DNA of 24,000 nt, taken from NCBI GenBank assembly GCA_002437495.1, contig DJQA01000008.1:128251-152250 (forward strand), written 5' to 3'. This stretch comes from Prevotellaceae bacterium UBA6398 (lineage in GTDB: Bacteria; Bacteroidota; Bacteroidia; Bacteroidales; Bacteroidaceae). Of this stretch, positions 1 to 9,029 are shown piece after piece. The first letter of the stretch is position 1, and each line of letters opens with the position of its first letter. Below the pieces are notes generated by a model that saw only the letters and a program-made list of their open reading frames with translations, was not told where the DNA came from and searched no databases. Both the position numbers and the translations under genes were made by a program.

Positions 1-1240
1 ACAGAGGCGAATTCTGGCAATATTTGGCTATTGGGTAAACTCGCTGACCGGCCTCTGTGTAACGCATGTTCTCCCAGCGGCGCATATCTGACTGACTGTA
101 AACTCCGCTCGTGTTGTCTATTCCCTTTGAAACACTCTGAAGCGGGGATGCTGCCTGAAGCAAGCCTGCATCGCTGTTTTCCGCACAATAAAGCCCCACT
201 CCACTACTATATGAATACAAGGGAGTGTTCTTGTTTGAACTTCCGTCAAACTGCAACTCAAATATACTCTCGCTGCTGTTTCGGTCAATGAAAATCTGTT
301 GATAGATTTCATCGGTTACGTTCTTTGTACTTCCGTTAGAAGAACGCATTCTTATAAGGAAATAGGGATTATCCTGATTTGTGGCGGAACTCTGGTTGTA
401 TTCGGGATTAGCCTCCTTGTATCGCGTAAGATACATTTCCAAAGCCGCATCGCAAAGAGTTATAACCTTTTGGTAGTCCTCCTGCGATTTGTTACCATAC
501 TTTGCTACCGAATCGGCAGATGCATTCTTGGCCGCACGCCACAAATACATATCCGCAAGAAGTGTGTATATTGACTCGCGTGTGAAACGCCCTTTGTCTT
601 CATCTGTTGAAGAATAGCGACGCATTCCGTTGTCCTTAATCCTATCAACATCGTTGATTATGGAGTCAAGCACCAACTCGGCTGCCACCTGACGACCCGA
701 GTGAGCCCTTGCCTCACGGTCGGTGCCGATTGACTTGAAGTCTAGGGGCACATCGCGGAAAGTGCGCACCAGGTAGAACATATTGAGAGCACGCAAGGCT
801 TTAATTTCCGCCTCTATTGGCTTCCAGTCCTCTGATGTAAAACTGGCATCTCTCTCTATAACCTTTGGGCCATACTCCAGTACTTTGTTGCAGAAGTTGA
901 TGTCTTTGTAGAAGTCAGCCCAGCTGAACAATGAGTTTGTCTGAAGAAGGTTGGCGTTCATCAAATCTTTCATGTCATCCCAGTTTTCAGACAAGAGGTC
1001 GAAGTTGTCAGAACGGCACTCGCCCCATATTACGAGCCTCGACATTACGCCGCTTCCTATAAACTGCTTGTAGCATCCACGCACTGCACTCTCCAAGTCA
1101 TTGCGGTCTTCCCAAAACTCCTCCTCAGTAATCTTGTTGGATGGGTGTATGGTCAAGAAGTCATCGCACGAGGTGGTGCCGAGCATCAGCACTGCGAAAG
1201 CCGATGTGAGCAGACCTTTATATAAATTTTTCTTTTTCAT
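1..1240 (-). CDS. SusD/RagB-family outer-membrane nutrient-binding lipoprotein (partial; the C-terminus lies beyond the window start)
   Basis: Absent from the ORF track because it runs off the window. My translation from the ATG at 1240 stays open to position 1 (about 413 codons). It begins MKKKNLYKGLLTSAFAVLMLGTTSCDDFLT (lipoprotein Cys followed by acidic residues). SusD-like stretches follow: EEEFWEDRNDLESAVRGCY, IYTLLADMYLW, ESIFELQF. It starts 14 nt after the SusC-like stop, the canonical susC-susD arrangement. Confidence 0.85.
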   Translation of the reverse strand, partial: MKKKNLYKGLLTSAFAVLMLGTTSCDDFLTIHPSNKITEEEFWEDRNDLESAVRGCYKQFIGSGVMSRLVIWGECRSDNFDLLSENWDDMKDLMNANLLQTNSLFSWADFYKDINFCNKVLEYGPKVIERDASFTSEDWKPIEAEIKALRALNMFYLVRTFRDVPLDFKSIGTDREARAHSGRQVAAELVLDSIINDVDRIKDNGMRRYSSTDEDKGRFTRESIYTLLADMYLWRAAKNASADSVAKYGNKSQEDYQKVITLCDAALEMYLTRYKEANPEYNQSSATNQDNPYFLIRMRSSNGSTKNVTDEIYQQIFIDRNSSESIFELQFDGSSNKNTPLYSYSSGVGLYCAENSDAGLLQAASPLQSVSKGIDNTSGVYSQSDMRRWENMRYTEAGQRVYPIAKYCQNSPL

Positions 1241-1254
1241 TTTTTGCTGAATCT

Positions 1255-4200
1255 TTAAAATCCTACATTAACGCTGAATGTAAATGAACGCGAACGCGGT
1301 GTCTGCGAACTATCAAAGCAAGGCGAGAACCCGCTCTGCGAGTGTTCCGGATCCACACCCGAATATCTAGACCAGAATATGAGGTTATTGCCCGAAAGAG
1401 CGAAGCGCAATGAGCGAAGGCCGTAGCGTTTCAACTTCTTGGCATCAAAATCATAGGCTAACTGCATGTATTGGAAACGGATGTAATCGCCCGGCTCCAC
1501 ATATCGGTCACTACAAAGAGCATTGTAAGAAGTACCTGCCTCTGCACTCATGGCACGAGGTATATCTGTAATGTCGCCGTTTTTACGCCAACGCCAACGT
1601 GTAGCAGTACTCTGGTTGCGGTTTGTGCGCATATCCTCGGCCTCCATGCGGGCAAGGTTCACAATCTTGTTGCCATATCGGAAGTTGAAGCTGGTTTTCA
1701 AGCTCCAGCGCCCATAGTAAAGGTCTATACCGAAACCGCCGTTCAATTTAGGGTTGGAGCTACCGAGATAAACCATATCGAGTTCGTTGATTTGTCCGTC
1801 ATGGTTGATGTCCTCGTAAATTGCATCACCACCGCTGAACGTATAGTTCCTGCCGCCATAGTTATAGTACATCTGAAGGGGATTTCCCTTTGCGTCATAT
1901 ATAATATTGCCATTAGCATCGCGTGCCACAGGGCAGGTTGCATTGTAGCTGCCGTTCAAACCATATTTTTCGGCATATGCTGCGGTGCGCTCACCGTATA
2001 TGGTGTTCTTTGACTGGTCGGCGAAATACCCGCTGTGGTCGTAGTCAAAACGATATACACCTTTATAGCGGAAGCCGTAAATGCCACCAAGCGCGTTGCC
2101 AATCTGAACGCGACTCATCCAAGTTTCGTTGTTGTAATTGAAATCGCCATTTAGACTTGAAAGCACACTTGCATCCATCTGCGTGATTTCATTCACGTTC
2201 TGAGCGATGTTGAACTTACCAACAACCTGCAACTTGGGAACTACGTTGATTTTCCTCGTTACGAAGTTGAGCTCCCAACCCTTGTTTTCCATCTTGCCGA
2301 CATTTGCCCATGCAAGAGTGCTGAAACCTACAGAAGATGGTATGCTCACGTTCCTCATCAAGAGATCCTTTGTGTATTTGTGATATACGTTCAAGTCGAA
2401 CTGAAGGAGGTCTTCAAACAAATTCAAATTAAAGCCCATGTTCCATGCAGAAGTCTTTTCCCACTTAAGGTCGGTAAGGCGAAGGTTCTGTGGTGCGATT
2501 GCTGTTCCTCCGATATAGGTACCGGTACTTGAATATGTGTTGTACATAAGACCTTCCTCGCTGGGCTGGTTACCATTTACACCCCAGCCGGGACGGAATG
2601 CCAGCATGCTGATATACTTGTGCAAAGGCTTCATGAAAAGCTCATCGCTTATATTCCAACGTCCCGACACACCGGGGAAGAAACCCCAGCGATTGTCTGC
2701 GCCGAAGCGTGTACTTCCATCCGCACGAAGCGTAAAGTCAGCCACGTATTTTGATTTGTAAGAATAGTGCATACTTCCGATAACGCCGATACTGTGTCCT
2801 TTTCCCACACCTGTATAAGCGTTGGTAAGATAAGCCAAGACGCTCGGATCGGTTATGCCGCCGGCCAAACCGTTTGAGGATATGTTTTGGTCGTCACTTG
2901 TGCTGGTTGACAGCTCCATACGTCCCAGCGCTGTAAAGAAGTGGTCTTCACTCTTGAATTTCGGAGTGTACACGAGAGTGTGTCGGGTTGTGAAAGTAAG
3001 GCTCTTAGATTCGCCATCGCTGGCAATGTTCACACCGCCGGCGTCATACCAATGGCTGCTGGATAGAGACGCAGGGTAGTATCCCTGGTTTGTATTGGTG
3101 TAAGCCTTCATGTAAACCTCACCCGTATAGTTGAGCTGTGTGGCACTTTCGTCTTTGCCAAGCAATTTGTACTCAATCTGGAATTGTGGGTCAATCGTAT
3201 AAGTGCTCTCCTTAATCCACGAGCCGTTGGCTATGGCAACGGGGTTGCCGTTGCTAACCATGTCGCGAAGATAATATGAACTAAGACCATCACGCACAGC
3301 ACCGGCGCCACCTGCGGCGGGGAACATCTTGAAATATTCGTGCGTGTTGTAGTACTCTTTTGCCTCTGTGTCGTACTCATAACGGTAAACCGACATGTTA
3401 GGCATTGCTTTGTATGCACGGTCCAAAATGCCGACATAGTTTTTCTTGTTGTTAGTATATGTGAGGGAGAAGTTCGACGAGAACTTTATGCGGTCGCTCA
3501 CATAATAGTCAAGAGCCATACGTGTTGAGAAACGGTCGAGGGCTTGCTTGATAATAGTACCGGTTTCGTGGTCGTAGCTGCCCGATATACGGAACTGTGC
3601 CTTGTCGCCACCACCGGAGAGCACAACGTTGTAGTTGTGGGTCTGACCAAACTGTGTAACCTCATCACGCCAATCTGTGTTCTTGTTGAAGTTTCCGAAA
3701 TACATGGGACGATTGCGGTCGTACGAAATCTCGACAATGTCGGAAGCGAGGTTGCTCTGCGAAGGATTGAAGTATGCCTCCTTAAGCATCATGGTGTATT
3801 CATCGCCATTAAGCATCTTCATGCCCTTGGGCTGCCACGAGCCTGTGAAACGGTATGAGAAGTCAACACGCGCAGGACCACGGTGTCCGCGTCGTGTCTT
3901 GATTTCAATCACACCGTTGGCTCCACGCGCACCCCAAATGGCAGTTGCAGCGGCGTCTTTCAACACGTTAATACTTTGAATATCTTCCGGGTTCACGGAA
4001 AGCAGCTGTGCGAATTGCTCGCTGTTATCCATATCTTGAAGGTCAATGTCGGAAGAGTTGTAGTTTTCGAGAATGTTGCCGTCAACTACAATCAAAGGCT
4101 CCTGGTTTCCGTTGATACTGGTAACGCCACGCAGACGCATGGTAGTTCCCGAACCGAGGTTACCCGAATTCATAACGATGTCGAGACCTGCAATCTGTCC

Positions 4201-4656
4201 CTGCAAAGCCTGGTCGGCTGTTTCGAACGAAAGACCTTTCATCTCGTCCATGTTGAGTTCCTGTGTTGCTCCGGAAATCTCCTTCTTTGGAATTGACAAA
4301 CCGTTGGCTTTTACGCGCTGCCTACCTTTTACGGTTACGGTTTTGAGTTGTGTCTTGCTGCGGAGTTCTATACGGAACACTTTGGTTGCGCCAATTACCT
4401 GGCTGTACTTTGCATAACCAATATAAGAAATCTCAAGGCGGTGCTTACGGTTCTTCACCGGCATGGAGAAGTTACCGTTAACATCCGTCGTGGTATTCTC
4501 TACAATACGGTTGTTTTGGTCCACCTCGACCACATTCGCCATCATAACCGGTCCGTCGGCCTTATTCCAAACGTGTCCGGAAATTCGGTCCTGCGCCGCC
4601 ACCGAAGTAAAGCATAGGCACAAGGCGAAAAGCAATAGATATTTTATTTTATTCAT
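1255..4656 (-). CDS. SusC/RagA-family TonB-dependent outer-membrane transporter
   Basis: 1133-aa ORF with signal peptide MNKIKYLLLFALCLCFTSVAAQ. It has a carboxypeptidase-regulatory-like N-domain (GHVWNKADGPVMMANVVEV...DVNGNFSM), a plug motif (TTMRLRGVTSINGNQEPLIVVDG), a long barrel and a terminal aromatic residue (..FSVNVGF). No STN signalling domain was seen. A SusD-like gene follows directly. Confidence 0.93.
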   Translation of the reverse strand: MNKIKYLLLFALCLCFTSVAAQDRISGHVWNKADGPVMMANVVEVDQNNRIVENTTTDVNGNFSMPVKNRKHRLEISYIGYAKYSQVIGATKVFRIELRSKTQLKTVTVKGRQRVKANGLSIPKKEISGATQELNMDEMKGLSFETADQALQGQIAGLDIVMNSGNLGSGTTMRLRGVTSINGNQEPLIVVDGNILENYNSSDIDLQDMDNSEQFAQLLSVNPEDIQSINVLKDAAATAIWGARGANGVIEIKTRRGHRGPARVDFSYRFTGSWQPKGMKMLNGDEYTMMLKEAYFNPSQSNLASDIVEISYDRNRPMYFGNFNKNTDWRDEVTQFGQTHNYNVVLSGGGDKAQFRISGSYDHETGTIIKQALDRFSTRMALDYYVSDRIKFSSNFSLTYTNNKKNYVGILDRAYKAMPNMSVYRYEYDTEAKEYYNTHEYFKMFPAAGGAGAVRDGLSSYYLRDMVSNGNPVAIANGSWIKESTYTIDPQFQIEYKLLGKDESATQLNYTGEVYMKAYTNTNQGYYPASLSSSHWYDAGGVNIASDGESKSLTFTTRHTLVYTPKFKSEDHFFTALGRMELSTSTSDDQNISSNGLAGGITDPSVLAYLTNAYTGVGKGHSIGVIGSMHYSYKSKYVADFTLRADGSTRFGADNRWGFFPGVSGRWNISDELFMKPLHKYISMLAFRPGWGVNGNQPSEEGLMYNTYSSTGTYIGGTAIAPQNLRLTDLKWEKTSAWNMGFNLNLFEDLLQFDLNVYHKYTKDLLMRNVSIPSSVGFSTLAWANVGKMENKGWELNFVTRKINVVPKLQVVGKFNIAQNVNEITQMDASVLSSLNGDFNYNNETWMSRVQIGNALGGIYGFRYKGVYRFDYDHSGYFADQSKNTIYGERTAAYAEKYGLNGSYNATCPVARDANGNIIYDAKGNPLQMYYNYGGRNYTFSGGDAIYEDINHDGQINELDMVYLGSSNPKLNGGFGIDLYYGRWSLKTSFNFRYGNKIVNLARMEAEDMRTNRNQSTATRWRWRKNGDITDIPRAMSAEAGTSYNALCSDRYVEPGDYIRFQYMQLAYDFDAKKLKRYGLRSLRFALSGNNLIFWSRYSGVDPEHSQSGFSPCFDSSQTPRSRSFTFSVNVGF

Positions 4657-4667
4657 GGTTGTTTATT

Positions 4668-7600
4668 TTATTTCCGAATACGATATTTGGCGATGAACTT
4701 TCTGGCAGCACCCGTGGTAGCCCAGTCGCTGTCGTAACGGCCGTTTTTAAGCTCCTTGAAGTTAAGCACACCGTCTATTTGGTGAACAACTGCATAAGAA
4801 GACGTTTCTATAGTGGTGGCATTCCTTGCCCTTGTATTGAAAGTGTAGTCGCGTGTCATGATGTTCCTCAAAGTCTCGTCGCTTGTTACGTGGCGCTCCG
4901 GCCCTTCAACATCGTGACCATTTGCATCTGTGCTGTAAACCGAACGTACGTTCAGAGTTCCGTTGCCTGTGGAAGAAACCTTTACAGAGCGGTAGCGGTT
5001 GGTCTCGTCGTTTATGCAGGCCGTTTCATACTTTGTAGCATCTATGGCGTTATGGTCGGCAAACACTGAATTATCCTGGAAATGATACTTGAGGAAGTTC
5101 ACAAGACAGGTAATCATTGCCTGGGCTTTGAACTTGTACTTGCGTGTGAGTTCGAGTATCCGCTCCTCGCTTTCCCCATCATCGGTTGCCTTCTGAACCT
5201 CATTCTCGCCGTTGGTTATTACCTCGGAAATCTGATCCCATGTGGGCAGTCCCTGCTCGATGGCTTCGAGCACGGCCTCGTTTGAGGGAACATACACCGT
5301 GTATCTGAACGAATTGAAGAAACGCACATTGTCGGTAAGACCGTTTTGCGATGATGTGAACACTGTGTATTTCTCTATCTCTGTGTCCTTGTCCTCCTGT
5401 TTCTTTACACTGTCGGCAACACCGGCACGAGTAAGCAAGTCTGCATCAATCTGGCAAAGGTTGAAGAACTGGTAGAAAGGAGAAGTTTCGCCCTCGCCCT
5501 GAAGAACGCTGTAAACTGACTTCATCGTGGTCTGAATGGGGCGGTTTATGATATATGTCATACCGTTACCGTAGCCTGTGGTCTCTTCACGACGGTCGTA
5601 TGTGCGTTCAACGGTAATCAAGGAGTCGTTATCAATCTGGAAACCACCCTGAACATTGAAGCCGGGCTTGGTCTGGTCGAAGTCGCTCGAGAGAGTTCCG
5701 TCCTGGCGGTTGGATATCTTCACGGCGCTGCCTCCTTTGGTTACATAATATTGGTTGAGCGAACCGAAGCCGGTCTTTGACTCGGCATCCGAGTGCACTA
5801 TGATATGAGAGTCAAGAAGGTCCTTCAAACGGTTGTTTATTTGAGACGCTGCAATAGTACCGGGAATGGAGCCGCCGATTTCGTTGGTTGCTGGATCCCA
5901 CTTGTAAGCACGTGCCTTAACAGGTGCTGTGGCATCTTGGCGGCGCGTACTGTAATAGAATGAAAGGATGCGCGGCTGTGTCCACTGGCATGTAACCTCA
6001 TCATAATATGTAGAGAGAGCATCATCGGTTGGGATGAAGAAGCTGAAGCGCGAGCTCATTGCCAACAAGTAGTATGAGAAGAACGCGTTAAGCGGAGCGG
6101 CGTTCGGGTTTGTTATATAGGAGTCATCGGCCCCGATAGCCCAGTTGAATATCTTCATATCCTTGCCTACAAGCGCAGGAGCGGAAACCGCTGCGTATTT
6201 TGCAGGAGCGAATACCTGGTTCATTACATATACCGCACCATTGTTTGCAAGAAGCGTGGTGTCTATCGTAGCACGGAAGCCTTCAACGCCGCCCTCGATG
6301 TTACCGAACATGGGGTCTTTTGCATCGTTCATAATTGTAATGTACTTGCTTGGCACAGAGTTGATGAACGAAGACTTCATAAGGTTCTGCACAAACGGCT
6401 GGATGATACGTATAGGTATCTGGTCGGTATTGTACACAAGGTTCTCTTTGGTATTTTCCTTCTTTGCATATGCCTCCATTAGGAACTCGCCGGCTCCACC
6501 GGGAAGGAAGTATTTTTCAAGCACCTCGTCCGAAGGCACAAACATTGCGCCCATGTCGGTGTATAGCTGCTGACCTTCGGGATAGTATTGATTCCACCCC
6601 GGGTCGTAGTCAAGAATAAGATTGCTGCTTACCTGAGCCCCATACGGATCTCTGTCAAGACGACCGCCCTGAGAGCGTGCTGAAAAATAGCGCTTCTCAA
6701 ACACAGAGTCGCGAATGCCCGTAAGCTGTGTATGAGACGAAGTGAGCGTTGAGTTGTAGAAAGGCGCGGAGAAGCGGTCAAGCATATGGCTGAAGAGACT
6801 GGTTTTGCCGTTCGTGCGTATCATCTCTGCCATGTTTGACGGAGAAACCAGCACACGGTCCAACTTATCTACATATCCGTTCAAACAAGTCTGGTCTTGT
6901 TCTACAACCTTGCTACCATATATATGTGCGTCTGTCGGTTCGCGAGTTGTACCTGCCAATGTCTCAAAGTCGGCATCGGTGATGTTGGTTTCACCCATCT
7001 GCCCCGCAATAAAGTGAGTCATCAGCGGAGTTGTTCCGTCAAGGGCGAGCCATATGCCGGCTTTCTCTTGCGTGCGGAAACGCTGCCAATAGTCAATTTC
7101 CGCAGCTTCAGAATCATCGCTGTTCTCGCAGAATTTCTCGGGTATGTCGCCTCCATCCCATGTGAAATAGGGTATTGAGTCGGTAACCGCAGCCGAAGTG
7201 GGCTGGCGCAAGCACTGGTTCTTGGAGATTGTGGACCCGGAGCTGATGTTGGTCATCATCTCAAGAAGATAAGCGTTGTCGAGCATGGAAGAACCCAACA
7301 GCAAACTCTTCATTGCGGTGGTCAGGTCCTCATACTTCTTTACGCCCCATTGGTTGTTTTGGTAAAACTTGGCAAAAGCATCGTCGTCTGCCACGAACAA
7401 CGTTTTACTACCTGTACGTTCCAAGACTTCCTTGTAATCAAGATCTTGAATCAGACGCACGGTATTGGTATAGTTCTTCTGTCCCACCAAATAGTCGTAG
7501 ATGCTTGCTCCAAGCCAGCTTGGCTTTTTGTCAGGCAAATCGTAATCATCGGAACAGGAGTACGTCAATCCGCACATCGATAGCAGACAAACAGCCATGA

Positions 7601-7673
7601 GCCATTTTCCGCCTTCTTTGATCAAACGGTTTCTCATACACTTAATATTTACATTATTATTATTTGTTTTCAT
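4668..7673 (-). CDS. Large surface lipoprotein with about four fasciclin (FAS1)-like repeats
   Basis: 1001-aa ORF. The likely real start is M13 at 7637 (MRNRLIKEGGKWLMAVCLLSMCGLTYSC). The Cys is followed by SDDYD, an acidic Bacteroidetes surface-export-like signal. FAS1 H1-like motifs recur: KTLFVADDDAFAKF, GAMFVPSDEVLEKYF, FSFFIPTDDALSTYY, YTVYVPSNEAVLEAI. H2-like motifs also recur: NGAVYVMNQVFAP, AVVHQIDGVLN. The gene ends 11 nt before the SusC-like start. Confidence 0.7.
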   Translation of the reverse strand: MKTNNNNVNIKCMRNRLIKEGGKWLMAVCLLSMCGLTYSCSDDYDLPDKKPSWLGASIYDYLVGQKNYTNTVRLIQDLDYKEVLERTGSKTLFVADDDAFAKFYQNNQWGVKKYEDLTTAMKSLLLGSSMLDNAYLLEMMTNISSGSTISKNQCLRQPTSAAVTDSIPYFTWDGGDIPEKFCENSDDSEAAEIDYWQRFRTQEKAGIWLALDGTTPLMTHFIAGQMGETNITDADFETLAGTTREPTDAHIYGSKVVEQDQTCLNGYVDKLDRVLVSPSNMAEMIRTNGKTSLFSHMLDRFSAPFYNSTLTSSHTQLTGIRDSVFEKRYFSARSQGGRLDRDPYGAQVSSNLILDYDPGWNQYYPEGQQLYTDMGAMFVPSDEVLEKYFLPGGAGEFLMEAYAKKENTKENLVYNTDQIPIRIIQPFVQNLMKSSFINSVPSKYITIMNDAKDPMFGNIEGGVEGFRATIDTTLLANNGAVYVMNQVFAPAKYAAVSAPALVGKDMKIFNWAIGADDSYITNPNAAPLNAFFSYYLLAMSSRFSFFIPTDDALSTYYDEVTCQWTQPRILSFYYSTRRQDATAPVKARAYKWDPATNEIGGSIPGTIAASQINNRLKDLLDSHIIVHSDAESKTGFGSLNQYYVTKGGSAVKISNRQDGTLSSDFDQTKPGFNVQGGFQIDNDSLITVERTYDRREETTGYGNGMTYIINRPIQTTMKSVYSVLQGEGETSPFYQFFNLCQIDADLLTRAGVADSVKKQEDKDTEIEKYTVFTSSQNGLTDNVRFFNSFRYTVYVPSNEAVLEAIEQGLPTWDQISEVITNGENEVQKATDDGESEERILELTRKYKFKAQAMITCLVNFLKYHFQDNSVFADHNAIDATKYETACINDETNRYRSVKVSSTGNGTLNVRSVYSTDANGHDVEGPERHVTSDETLRNIMTRDYTFNTRARNATTIETSSYAVVHQIDGVLNFKELKNGRYDSDWATTGAARKFIAKYRIRK

Positions 7674-7885
7674 ACCTCATTCCCACGGTTTTTGTTCATG
7701 GATAAAGGGGTGCAGCTGCAACAGCCGAACCTCCGGTGTAATTTCAAGACACTTTTTCATGCTTCATAAACGACAATTAAGGGCTTAATAGAAAGCCGGT
7801 TAATACGGTATTTTATTATCTAATCTTCTGTTCTGTATCTTTGTTTAGCTAAGCACGTTATCCTTGCAGACGCAAGTTGCACCTC

Positions 7886-7916
7886 CAAAAGTACTGTTTT
7901 TTTTATTTTTAGCAAA
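7886..7916 (-). promoter_or_regulatory. Candidate Bacteroides-type promoter (-33 TTTG / -7 TACTTTTG) for the FAS1-susC-susD operon
   Basis: The minus strand reads agagTTTGctaaaaataaaaaaaacagTACTTTTGgagg. TTTG lies at 7916-7913, followed by a 19-nt spacer and TAnnTTTG at 7893-7886. This is about 210 nt upstream of the ATG at 7673. Confidence 0.35.
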
Positions 7917-8664
7917 CTCTGATAGCAGTTTTTTCTGCTTTTTCACTTTCCCACCTTTCCGTTTTTACAGGAACCACAGGATTTCCACTCTAAAATTACT
8001 AAGTTTTTCACACGCGGCGGCATGTTGGGAGCATTTTTTATGATTTTTATTTGCACACCGTGATTTTTGCGGTTTTTGCGGCTTAGAATTTAACATTCCA
8101 AGGGCAACGTAACCGGGAAACGCACCCTTGTCGATGCCAAAATCCACCGCGAAAACAGATGCCCGAAATTCCACCCCGCACATCATTTCCGTATCCCATC
8201 CGCCGGCACATCCGTGCGCCCTCAATCCCACCGCACAAAGGGCAGCCCACACTCCGGTGCCATAAGTCGGCACCGCCGGCATTTCTCCTGCCGCCCTTGC
8301 GTCCTCCGGGCTTCAAAAATTCCACCCAAACACCTTTTCACGGCGGACGCGTCTTTTAGATTTCGCTTTTTACAAAATATACAAGATTTTACATTACAAG
8401 TTAACAGATACGTAACAATCAGTGAAAACTCCTTTTGGCACAAATTGTCGAATCATTAATTATAAAGACGGCAAAATTAAACATAGGTTTAATTTTGTGT
8501 TTCAAATTAACATATTATTTTCACACGAGCGTACACCGCCACCGAACATAATTTCACAGTATTTAAGCATAATCACTCCACGGGCATATATGTTTTGCCG
8601 TGGCATTCGGACATTGGGGCCTTTGGCGCGACCATGCTCCTGCGCGAACTTGCAGAAAGCTATC

Positions 8665-8785
8665 AGCCATCGAATTGCGCCGCCATTGGTGCAATAGTTT
8701 GCTTTGTTTGCACGGTGCGGTTCATGCGGCGGAGTAAAGGGCGTATGCCATACGCCCCTACAATTTCCGCAAAACCAATACCGCC
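8665..8785 (+). repeat. REP/BIME-like module, copy A (one intact GC hairpin plus a hairpin-less remnant)
   Basis: The hairpin GGGCGTATGcCATACGCCC lies at 8739-8757. Its flanks, CGGTGCGGTTCATGCGGCGG..(hairpin)..CTACAATTTCCGCAAAACCAATACCGCC, are shared with copies at 11458-11526 and 23818-23886. Positions 8665-8686 match the CAACCAA.GAATTGCGCCRC junction of copies B and E but lack the hairpin. Confidence 0.8.
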
Positions 8786-8909
8786 AAAATTATATTTGAC
8801 ATCGGAAAAACTACATAGGACATAGGAAAAATTATATCAGACATAATTCAATTTACATCAGACCTTTTTTCTCCACTTACAAACGTCTTAAAAACAAAAA
8901 CTTACAAAA
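8786..8909 (+). repeat. Phased 21-nt mini-palindrome array plus T-run plus A-rich tail, copy A
   Basis: A-tract starts at 8786, 8806 and 8827, with the fourth unit starting near 8848. Units include CTACATAGGACATAGG, ATTATATCAGACATAAT and the half-unit TTACATCAGACC followed by T6 (8865-8870). The tail GTCTTAAAAACAAAAACTTACA lies at 8885-8906. Confidence 0.85.
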
Positions 8910-8989
8910 TCGGGACAAATCCTGCCTAACTTCCGCAAACCATGGGATCAGCAAATCTGCCCCTTCATGCCCCACAAATCCGAAACACA

Positions 8990-9029
8990 CAAACCGCAGC
9001 CTTGGCCGTTATGCCTTAGCTGCGGTTTG
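8990..9029 (-). terminator. Candidate intrinsic terminator after the 684-aa FAS1 gene
   Basis: Near-perfect 11-bp inverted repeat: CAAACCGCAGC (8990-9000) and GCTGCGGTTTG (9019-9029) with an 18-nt loop. It sits 63 nt past the stop at 9092. On the minus strand it is followed by a moderately T-rich stretch (TGTGTTTCGGATTTG). Confidence 0.4.

Noticed and set aside
31-574. Plus-strand ORFs 31-291 and 299-574 listed in the track where no minus-strand ORF is listed
   Set aside because: The minus strand here is an open frame continuous with the SusD-like protein starting at 1240. It is missing from the track only because it lacks an in-window stop. The plus-strand ORFs are shadows.
7711-7720. 10-nt palindrome TGCAGCTGCA in the leader of the 1001-aa FAS1 gene
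   Set aside because: It is an isolated short palindrome with no partner site or associated regulator gene. There is not enough evidence for a regulatory call.
7965-8825. Cluster of overlapping 60-105-aa ORFs on both strands (7965-8282, 8083-8325, 8159-8359, 8214-8459, 8222-8443, 8422-8697, 8595-8825); possible pseudogene
   Set aside because: They overlap each other in several frames and translate to R/G/P/C-rich low-complexity strings. They show no similarity to the neighbouring FAS1 genes or to any family I recognise. I cannot support a gene or a pseudogene call.
8786-8870. CRISPR array interpretation of the 21-nt tandem units
   Set aside because: The units are contiguous with no spacers, there are only 3-4 per locus, they are A/T-rich, and no cas genes are present.
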